From positions 1 to 46,305 of IMG/VR virus record IMGVR_UViG_3300020045_000926: a stretch of DNA of 46,305 nucleotides, one strand, 5' to 3'. Both the position numbers and the translations under genes were made by a program. Positions 9,785-17,461 of the stretch are shown piece by piece; position 1 is the stretch's first letter, and each line of letters starts with the position of its first letter. The DNA is from a virus (Duplodnaviria; Caudoviricetes). The notes beneath the pieces were generated by a model. It was not told where the DNA came from and made no database searches. It worked only from the letters and a program-made list of their open reading frames with translations.

Positions 9785-11958
9785 TAAATTTCACATTTAC
9801 CACCAGCACAAGCCTGGGCACCCATTGTATCTATATCTACATATTTAGGTTTAGTTAACCTATACTCTAATACTGGTATTGTATCACTCTTAGATGATAT
9901 TTTCCACCACTTATGTAAGTTATATACATCCTTAAGACAATTAGTACATTCTTCTAGTGATTTAAAATTACTAGAGAATTTCTCTACTCGTCTAACAAAA
10001 TCTCTCTTTAGTAAATGGTCATGTGAATCTGTAAGCTTTTCTCCATATCCTAATACTGTATTACAAGCTGCCCATAAGTCATTATTAAATGAACTAAGTC
10101 CAACTTCTATTAGTGCAGAAGTGAATAGAGCTACAATTCCATATTTACTAACAATCTCTTCCTCAGTAAGTATTTCAGTAAAAGGAGCTTGTGGATATGC
10201 TTTATCTCCATTAGCTGCTAATAATGATACACCACATAAATCTTTTCTATTATTATAAATATACCTAGTTACATCATACCAATCATCTACTGTTATAGTA
10301 TTTGATACATTATGTGATAACTTAGGATGGCTACATAATTCTACTGTTTTACCAGCTGCTATCCAAGATTGTTGTACTGTTCTAACATACTCTAATTGTT
10401 TAACACCTAATAGATTACTCTTAGTAATAGAACCCTTTTTAGTAGTTATAGGATATGCAATAACTATATCCCTTTCTCTATTCCATACTGAGTCTTGACA
10501 CATTTCTGGTAACTCTTCTTGGAATAACTTAGCCATTTCACTATCTTTACTCATTTGCATATGCCTAATGTATCTAGTACTATGCTCTCCGTGTATTCCT
10601 GATGCTGTTCCTAATAGTACACTAGCATTTCCACTAGGTTTTACAACTGTAGTTCTAGCTGCAGGATTAATCTCAATTAAACTAGCAGTAACTCTATTCC
10701 ATTTCTTAACTACTTCAGCACCTCTTTTTAGTATATCAGTATCAAATAATATTTTAGGGTTATTCATAAATCCAGTAATACCTACACCTATTAGTGCTTC
10801 TTTATCTACTATTTGTTTTGATACATCTGAAAGATATTTAAAGTCTGTATACCCAGCTTGTAAAGTACACATAATTGATGCCCATTTACATTGCTCTAAG
10901 AATATCTCTTCGCTATCTGATAGTGAGCCATTTATCTCAGTTAAGTTACATACTTGGAATCCTGTTCTACCATCAGGAAGTCTTGGGTACATTCCAACTT
11001 CTACACAAGGATTTAGTGTAAATTCTAAATCATCAACCCAAATAAATCCTGGTTCTCCAGAGTGTTGAACAGATTCCATAATACTATTAAATTCTTCAAA
11101 AGTAGTACTATTTCTTAGTAACATAACTGAGTTATTACTTCTACCTCTTTGAGGATTAGTTAAGTACCAATCTCCAGTTTTAGCTTTAATCATATCTTCA
11201 TCATCTTTAGAGAACATACAAATAGTAGCACTTCTTCTTACACCACCAGAGATAACTGCATCAGCTATGTACATCATTATATCATATGCAACTATTGTTC
11301 TTATATCCAGTATACCGTTAGCTAGTTCATCATCTAATAAAGAACTAATAGTATTTATACAAAGCCTTAATGGCTCAGGTCCTGGTGCTTTAAATCCTCC
11401 GCTAATAAAACTACCTTTAGCCCTTATTTTAGTATAATTAAATAATATGGTTTTTCCAGAATTTTCATTACCTTCTGTATAAGACTCCATAAGAATCTTA
11501 ATGGCATCAGACCATCCTTCTATACTATCCTCTATATCAAACTTAATAGTTTCAGAGTTTTTAACTACTAATTTAGGTAACTTAGCTATATGATGTTTTT
11601 GTACACTGAATCCTACTCCAGCTCCACATAATAACATATACATAGTTTCTGAGAATACTTCAATTCTATCACAATAAGTAGATGCACAATTATATAATCT
11701 AGCGTGATGTTTTAGTAGTTGTTCACCACCAAACTGTAGAGCTCTTTGGGCTCCTAAGAATAATTTGTTTTTATATGCTGTACTTACACCATCCATTAAC
11801 CTAGTTAGTTGTATACTCATTTTATCTTTATAAAACTCTTTATGCATAGCCATAACTCTATCTACAGCCTCTTCAAAAGTTTCGTACCTACCTAACTTAT
11901 CGTTATACCTAGAGTAATCACTAAGAAACTTAGTATCACTCATTAATTGTTTAAACAT
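9784..11958 (-). CDS. nrdJ: Ribonucleotide reductase, probably monomeric class II (AdoCbl-dependent)
   Basis: YNC, GGVRRSA, NPCVE (thiyl Cys), CNLTE, KPSGNAS and C-terminal CAGGKCEI; IEDSIEGW segment resembles RTPR; no beta-subunit gene seen. Confidence 0.85.
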   Translation of the reverse strand: MFKQLMSDTKFLSDYSRYNDKLGRYETFEEAVDRVMAMHKEFYKDKMSIQLTRLMDGVSTAYKNKLFLGAQRALQFGGEQLLKHHARLYNCASTYCDRIEVFSETMYMLLCGAGVGFSVQKHHIAKLPKLVVKNSETIKFDIEDSIEGWSDAIKILMESYTEGNENSGKTILFNYTKIRAKGSFISGGFKAPGPEPLRLCINTISSLLDDELANGILDIRTIVAYDIMMYIADAVISGGVRRSATICMFSKDDEDMIKAKTGDWYLTNPQRGRSNNSVMLLRNSTTFEEFNSIMESVQHSGEPGFIWVDDLEFTLNPCVEVGMYPRLPDGRTGFQVCNLTEINGSLSDSEEIFLEQCKWASIMCTLQAGYTDFKYLSDVSKQIVDKEALIGVGITGFMNNPKILFDTDILKRGAEVVKKWNRVTASLIEINPAARTTVVKPSGNASVLLGTASGIHGEHSTRYIRHMQMSKDSEMAKLFQEELPEMCQDSVWNRERDIVIAYPITTKKGSITKSNLLGVKQLEYVRTVQQSWIAAGKTVELCSHPKLSHNVSNTITVDDWYDVTRYIYNNRKDLCGVSLLAANGDKAYPQAPFTEILTEEEIVSKYGIVALFTSALIEVGLSSFNNDLWAACNTVLGYGEKLTDSHDHLLKRDFVRRVEKFSSNFKSLEECTNCLKDVYNLHKWWKISSKSDTIPVLEYRLTKPKYVDIDTMGAQACAGGKCEI

Positions 11959-12809
11959 TAATCAATATCCTTTACACACTTATCTTCTCTAACTCTTATG
12001 AATGTTGGTTGAATATAAGTATCTATAATTTGCTCATATTCAAACTCTATAACTTTACCTAAGAAGTATTCTTTTTTCTTAGTTCTTAAGTTATCATCCA
12101 AACCTGAACCTACTGCAACAATTCTACCTTTACTATCTTGTAGAACTAATGAACCAATCATACCTACATATTTACCACTCCCATCAATAATATCAATGCA
12201 AAGTAAATCAGCAGTTTTTCTATACTTTAACTTAATAGCATCATTAACTCTTTTACCTGGTAAATAAGTATGATAGTAATGTTTAATATAGGCACCTTCA
12301 TAACCTAGTTTAACATAATCTCTTGCTATATCTTCACAATCTTCAATACTTAAACCTTTTATATTATCCACTAGTTCTAAGTAATTACCTAGAGATAAGG
12401 TTTCTAAGCAATCTAATCTATCACAAAATGGGATAGTAGGAGCCATAATAATATCAAATACTTTAAACCTCTCTCTACTATCAAAAGGAGTCTTTAATCC
12501 TTTTTCAAAGTTAGTTCTATATGTAGTAAGTTTACCTACCTTAGTTCTATCTCCTAATTTACCTAATGATGTACCAATGTACTCTGCTTCTATCATAAAA
12601 GAAGAGGTAGGATTTAAAGTAACTAACTCATTCTCAATTTCAGGTATAGCAAACTCTTTCCCACCCGATGTAAAAAACCTAACTGATTTATTAATTTTAT
12701 GTATTTGTATATAATGACCATCAAACTTCTTACTGAGGAAATAGTTATTTAATAGTAACTTAGATTTTGATACATCATCTAAATCTTTACCTTTGCATTG
12801 CTTTATCAT
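11958..12809 (-). CDS. ATP-dependent DNA ligase
   Basis: KFDG adenylation motif, EGAYIK, KLK, and C-terminal OB domain (VGSG, P.F..VR.DK). Confidence 0.9.
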   Translation of the reverse strand: MIKQCKGKDLDDVSKSKLLLNNYFLSKKFDGHYIQIHKINKSVRFFTSGGKEFAIPEIENELVTLNPTSSFMIEAEYIGTSLGKLGDRTKVGKLTTYRTNFEKGLKTPFDSRERFKVFDIIMAPTIPFCDRLDCLETLSLGNYLELVDNIKGLSIEDCEDIARDYVKLGYEGAYIKHYYHTYLPGKRVNDAIKLKYRKTADLLCIDIIDGSGKYVGMIGSLVLQDSKGRIVAVGSGLDDNLRTKKKEYFLGKVIEFEYEQIIDTYIQPTFIRVREDKCVKDID

Positions 12810-12820
12810 TGTTTGTCCTT

Positions 12821-13333
12821 TTATTGTTGTTCTAATACTTTTCTTTCAGTTTCTAAATCTCTATTTATAGCAGCTTCATTTGTATATTTATCTGGATATC
12901 TAGTTTTTAATTTGTTTATGTTTCTAATTTGTTCAGCCTCTAAAGTAGTACCTAGTACAGCACAAGCAATTGCTTGGTACCATTGCATATCTCCTAGTTC
13001 TTCTGCTAAATTAACTTTATCTAACTCTTGATTTAGTAATATAGAATTTACTACAGGTGTTAAGAACTCTTCTGCTTCAGTTAGCATACCTAATCCAGAG
13101 TGTAATAATCTAATCTTCTCAACTGATATATTTAACTCTAAAGATAATCTATTAGTATCTAAAGTACTAGATTCTCTTCCATAAAATACATATTTTTTAA
13201 GATTATCAATATCTTGGTTAATTACAGCTAATACTAGTTGTAAACCTTCAATTGAGTGTATTACTTTACCTAATCTTTCATTAGCTCCTTCAATACTCTC
13301 AGTTCTTATTGCGTCTTGTATATAGTTATTCAT
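12821..13333 (-). CDS. MazG-like nucleotide pyrophosphohydrolase
   Basis: G..TEAEE...EELGD..WY...NI.KL..RYP motif. Confidence 0.8.
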   Translation of the reverse strand: MNNYIQDAIRTESIEGANERLGKVIHSIEGLQLVLAVINQDIDNLKKYVFYGRESSTLDTNRLSLELNISVEKIRLLHSGLGMLTEAEEFLTPVVNSILLNQELDKVNLAEELGDMQWYQAIACAVLGTTLEAEQIRNINKLKTRYPDKYTNEAAINRDLETERKVLEQQ

Positions 13334-13334
13334 A

Positions 13335-13514
13335 TTAATCCCTTACACTTACTAACATTCTTTCTACTTTTTTCTTACTTATTGAAGCACCTCTATAATC
13401 GAAATCAGAACAAATCTCTTTAGTATTTTTATACCCAGCCATAACTACTAATTGTTTCTTAGTTTTTCTAAGAAGTCCTTTATAATATTCATTATTTGTC
13501 ATTATCTCTTCCAT
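13335..13514 (-). CDS. Hypothetical 59-aa protein (MEEIMTNNEYYKGLL...), not in ORF track
   Basis: Fills the gap between its neighbours exactly; AAGG upstream. Confidence 0.55.
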   Translation of the reverse strand: MEEIMTNNEYYKGLLRKTKKQLVVMAGYKNTKEICSDFDYRGASISKKKVERMLVSVRD

Positions 13515-13515
13515 T

Positions 13516-14049
13516 TTATCTACCTTTTCTATAAGTTTTATTTGTTATATATTCTATCTGATATTTACAATCATCTACACCATTATGCTTAGTACCAGTA
13601 AATGGAACCTCTCTAGTATCTATACCAAAAATATCTTTAACTGTTCTAACATCTCTATCAGCCCAATAGTTTAAAGGAAATACTTTAGAATGTCTTTTAT
13701 ACATATTTCGTAACATAACATTATCGAATGTACATCCATTACCCCATAAGTTTTGTATTTCATTATCCCTAATAAACTCATTAAATTCCTTAATAACTTC
13801 ATCAACTGGTTTTCTATACATACCTTTAATATTTACAAAAGCAGCTAAGTCTTGTTGTAACCACCACTCTATAGTATTACCATCTAAATGAGCACCTTTA
13901 ACTATTTGTTGATGTATATTAACTCCAACATTAAATACATTACCTATTTCTCCTGTTTCAAAATTAAATTGAACAGCTGAAATACTGAGTATTAAACCAT
14001 TACTATCAGTACTTAGAGTTTCTAAGTCTACCATTAAATCATTCATCAT
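13516..14049 (-). CDS. DEDDh 3'-5' exonuclease (RNase AS / ExoVIII N-domain-like)
   Basis: DLET, WGNG..FD and H...DD motifs. Confidence 0.8.
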   Translation of the reverse strand: MMNDLMVDLETLSTDSNGLILSISAVQFNFETGEIGNVFNVGVNIHQQIVKGAHLDGNTIEWWLQQDLAAFVNIKGMYRKPVDEVIKEFNEFIRDNEIQNLWGNGCTFDNVMLRNMYKRHSKVFPLNYWADRDVRTVKDIFGIDTREVPFTGTKHNGVDDCKYQIEYITNKTYRKGR

Positions 14050-14263
14050 CTTTTTCTACCTCCAGTTGTAAATTAGCTTCACCGAATGGATGAAGAGCTA
14101 TACCTAGTTCTTTATATACCTTCTTAGCAGTATCTAAAGATGCATAATAATGGTCTTTCTTATATTGAGTTACCATAGATACAGATACTCCCATTATCTT
14201 TGATATTTCTTTTGGTGTACAGCCTTCTTTAATCTTACTCTGTACAAAGTCTTGCACCAGCAT
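14039..14263 (-). CDS. Small HTH DNA-binding protein
   Basis: TPKEISKIMGVSVSMVTQY helix-turn-helix pattern; first gene after a promoter. Confidence 0.6.
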   Translation of the reverse strand: MLVQDFVQSKIKEGCTPKEISKIMGVSVSMVTQYKKDHYYASLDTAKKVYKELGIALHPFGEANLQLEVEKDDE

Positions 14264-14295
14264 TTTAATCCTTTCTTATTTAATTTAATTGAAAT

Positions 14296-14331
14296 GAATT
14301 ATATCATATATAATATTAAAATTTAATTAAA
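14296..14331 (-). promoter_or_regulatory. Sigma70-type promoter (repeated family)
   Basis: Minus strand TTTAA-N7-TTAA-N12-TATAAT. Confidence 0.7.
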
Positions 14332-14417
14332 TTTAATTTCTTAGAATCAATAATTTATAAATTTTCTCTATTATAAATATATGAATAAATCAATATATTT
14401 ATAATAGAAAGAATAAA

Positions 14418-14455
14418 GATAATATGATAGATAAATTATATTCTATCATATTATC
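14418..14455 (-). terminator. 14-bp hairpin closing the PolA-to-HD operon
   Basis: GATAATATGATAGA-N10-TCTATCATATTATC just past the HD stop; T-rich downstream on the minus strand. Confidence 0.55.
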
Positions 14456-14471
14456 AAATGAAATAAGAAGA

Positions 14472-14984
14472 TTATTTTTTAGGTCTTAAAGAGTTCTTAA
14501 GTTCACCACGTAATACTTCTTCTCGTTTTATAGAGTCCAAATATACTTTTTCCATATACCCAGTGTTACCTAATTTAATCTCATTCCTACTATAAGTAGC
14601 ACATTGTATAATATCTGCCAGTGTAACTATAATAGACTCTACTTCTTTATGTTCTATATAGCTAGAAATAAACTCTTGAATAAAACTAGGGAATTTAGAC
14701 TTTACTATCAGTCTTTCAGCTACTTTAAGAGCCTTAGCTACTGCAGGATAATCTTTCTTAATCTTATGGTTTACATCATCAATATAAGCCTCAGGTAAGT
14801 CGTGGCATAATGACATGTGTATTGCCTTATTTAAGTCAAATTCATATTCCTCAAATAACTTATATACTTCTAAGGCTACAAAGAAAGAATGAGCAGCTAC
14901 TGACTCATTCTTAACTCTTGGTATATTAGAGTATCTAACTATATAATCTAAACTATATAGTTCTTCCATATTTAATTTACTCAT
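14472..14984 (-). CDS. HD-domain 5'-deoxynucleotidase (YfbR/DatZ-like)
   Basis: R.S...R...ESVAAHS, HDLPE...DD and LAD motifs. Confidence 0.85.
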   Translation of the reverse strand: MSKLNMEELYSLDYIVRYSNIPRVKNESVAAHSFFVALEVYKLFEEYEFDLNKAIHMSLCHDLPEAYIDDVNHKIKKDYPAVAKALKVAERLIVKSKFPSFIQEFISSYIEHKEVESIIVTLADIIQCATYSRNEIKLGNTGYMEKVYLDSIKREEVLRGELKNSLRPKK

Positions 14985-15381
14985 AATCTTTTATCTCCTC
15001 TGGAAGTACTCCATCTAATAAATAATTCATTAGTTCTTTTAAATCTTTACATATAATACCGCTTTTACCTAACATAAGATTAGGCTTAGTGATTCCTTTT
15101 GTGTAATAAACTATTGGTATGTTTTTAGCATATGCATATCCACACTCCCATATAGTTCCCATATCTTTACCAGCTGTTGAGGCTATAACTAGTGAACTAC
15201 TATTTAAGTGTTTTATATTCTCACTAAATATATCATCCCAATTACACCCATCTTCTCCTAGGTTCATATGCCTAGGCATAAAAGAGGTACTATCCATAAG
15301 TTTAACACAATACTCAACATCCTCTAAAGAGTCTATTTGCTCAGGAGTAAACCATCCTCCTGCTACATATACTTTACCCAT
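14977..15381 (-). CDS. Nucleoside 2'-deoxyribosyltransferase family protein
   Basis: VYVAGGWF, D.GT.WE.GYA (catalytic Glu) and NLM motifs. Confidence 0.88.
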   Translation of the reverse strand: MGKVYVAGGWFTPEQIDSLEDVEYCVKLMDSTSFMPRHMNLGEDGCNWDDIFSENIKHLNSSSLVIASTAGKDMGTIWECGYAYAKNIPIVYYTKGITKPNLMLGKSGIICKDLKELMNYLLDGVLPEEIKDYE

Positions 15382-16249
15382 TTGTTTTCTCTCTTATAGT
15401 ATTTCTTATATTAGTATATACTTGACTACCTATAAATGACTCTCTAGTCTTACTATATACAAATTCAGTATTGGTTAGGTCTACTTCTTTAGAATCTAAA
15501 TACTCTTGGTTAATTGTTTTAGGTCTATAAATATTACTAGAATGAGAACCATTTATAGTATTACAATACCATAAATCTACTCCACCTATTTGTATTGTAC
15601 CTCTAATAAATGGATATACTTCACAAATAGATTCATACATCCTAAGAGCTATAATATTATCTGATTCTGGTTGTATTTGTTCATCTATTCTAGTTTTAAT
15701 AAACTGTAATATATCTTTAATATTTCCAGACACATAATAGAAACTAGATAAACTTCTAGGTAATATAGTTCTAGCATCTAGTATAGATATTACTCCACTA
15801 TCTATCATATCAGAATATAAGTTTTTAGCTAACTTAACTATAGTTTCATATCTATCATTGAAACACTCTACTTCTTTTATAGAAGGTTTAACAACACAAT
15901 CATCATTTCTCATATCCCTATCAGCTGTACATTGAGCACTAAGGCTTAATGTTCTATGTCTAATTAAATGAGTAACATCAATTAGGTCCATTCCACTTAT
16001 TCTAAATGTTAATCTAATAGTTTCAAAAGCTGTTGGAAGTAAAGTACCTTTAAATAAGTCCAATAGAGCTTTACTTCTTTCTTCATCAGTATAGTCCCCT
16101 GGTATATCTTCCCAAGTAGCTAGACAAAATTCTGGTATATATTGTTTTAGTTTATCTGTACTAGGGTAGTCTAATAACTCTACTTTAATATTACTAAGTT
16201 GTTCTTTAAACTCAGTAGTAGGTGCCTGATTAGTTTTAAGTAATTTCAT
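15374..16249 (-). CDS. Divergent ThyX-fold flavoprotein (motif Ser replaced by Cys); probably not a thymidylate synthase
   Basis: E.I.LTF.ISG, HLIRHRTLSLSAQCTAD, DARTILP and F...R motifs; RHR-X7-C instead of RHR-X7-S. Confidence 0.8.
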   Translation of the reverse strand: MKLLKTNQAPTTEFKEQLSNIKVELLDYPSTDKLKQYIPEFCLATWEDIPGDYTDEERSKALLDLFKGTLLPTAFETIRLTFRISGMDLIDVTHLIRHRTLSLSAQCTADRDMRNDDCVVKPSIKEVECFNDRYETIVKLAKNLYSDMIDSGVISILDARTILPRSLSSFYYVSGNIKDILQFIKTRIDEQIQPESDNIIALRMYESICEVYPFIRGTIQIGGVDLWYCNTINGSHSSNIYRPKTINQEYLDSKEVDLTNTEFVYSKTRESFIGSQVYTNIRNTIREKTNG

Positions 16250-16563
16250 TTATTAGCTCCTTTATACTTTATCATAAAATCATTTATATTAGTTAAGTCT
16301 TTATACATATCTTCTGTAAGCTTAGCATATCCTTGTATATCGTGCCAAGTATCTATATGGTCTGGTGTTGCACCTAATCTAACTAATTTCATTACTAAGT
16401 AATAAATAGGTAAGAACTCTAACTCAGTTGGTTCTCTTCCTGTTTTATCCCTATGTATATCTTTTAGATTCTCTATAATTCCTGCAAATCCCTTAGTACC
16501 TACTTCAAACCTACCATAAGTTTGACCTCTTTCTTCTAGTGTATTATCTATATTATTACTCAT
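16246..16563 (-). CDS. DUF6378-like protein (possible all-alpha NTP pyrophosphohydrolase)
   Basis: TL.ERG..YG.F ... K..R ... H.D.W.DI.GYA pattern. Confidence 0.7.
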   Translation of the reverse strand: MSNNIDNTLEERGQTYGRFEVGTKGFAGIIENLKDIHRDKTGREPTELEFLPIYYLVMKLVRLGATPDHIDTWHDIQGYAKLTEDMYKDLTNINDFMIKYKGANK

Positions 16564-17452
16564 TATCTTGTCTCCATAATTTTACTTTAATTTGATTGCT
16601 TTCATCCATAACTAATTGGTGCATATTAACTAATCTCATATTTTTAATAGCATCAATATCATCTCTACCTTTATTTCTATATTCTTGGGTTACTTTATCC
16701 CATAGAATCTTTCTATCAACTATTGAACCTAGCATTTTCTCAGCTGTCTTTTTACCTACACCTTTTAAACCTATTACATTATCTCCTGTATCACCAGTAA
16801 GTGTTTGTATATAATGATGTTGTATTGCCTCTTTCTCACTAACATCATAGAACTTCATTTTTATATTAAACTTAGTACTAGAGTAATAATTAAAGTGAGT
16901 ACCAGGTACTGAATATAATACATCTTTATCTACAGCACACATAATATATTTATCATACCATTGAGTTTTCTTAAACACTACAATATCATCAGCCTCCCAC
17001 TCTCTCCAAGAGAATGCTTTATCAGGATATCTAATACATAATAACTCTTTTAGTTCACTTAATCCTACTGGAGCCCTAGTACCATTATTTAGTCTATTAG
17101 CTTTATATTCAGGGTCTACTAATGTATACCTAAATGATTCTCTACCCTTAGTAAAGTGTAGTTCAAAGTCTTGGCATCCTGTATTATCCATAATAGTTTT
17201 AATAGTATCCATAGCATGCTTAAAAGCTTCTTCAATATCTATAGTCCATACTTCTTCAAACTTAACTTCTCCTACTCCAACATCTTCTTCTGACATTCTT
17301 TCGTGTACTACACAAGCAGCAAAAGCTATAGTATCAGCATCTATTAGTGCAATCTTATCATTTTTAGGTGGTAATACATCACCTCTTGAGTTTATTTGTA
17401 TATCTGAAACTTCTTCTTGAGTTCCAAAGTCTAATTCAAATTCTTTAGCCAT
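16556..17452 (-). CDS. 5'-3' exonuclease (T7 gp6/FEN-like)
   Basis: LIDAD, YKANR, EADD, DKD and GD..DN..G..GVG.KTA motifs. Confidence 0.9.
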   Translation of the reverse strand: MAKEFELDFGTQEEVSDIQINSRGDVLPPKNDKIALIDADTIAFAACVVHERMSEEDVGVGEVKFEEVWTIDIEEAFKHAMDTIKTIMDNTGCQDFELHFTKGRESFRYTLVDPEYKANRLNNGTRAPVGLSELKELLCIRYPDKAFSWREWEADDIVVFKKTQWYDKYIMCAVDKDVLYSVPGTHFNYYSSTKFNIKMKFYDVSEKEAIQHHYIQTLTGDTGDNVIGLKGVGKKTAEKMLGSIVDRKILWDKVTQEYRNKGRDDIDAIKNMRLVNMHQLVMDESNQIKVKLWRQDNE

Positions 17453-17461
17453 TTTATATCC

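Noticed and set aside
12821-16563. 2-aminoadenine (Z) or 7-deazaguanine pathway
   Set aside because: HD and MazG-like genes are present, but no PurZ, FolE/QueCDE or DpdA homolog is recognisable
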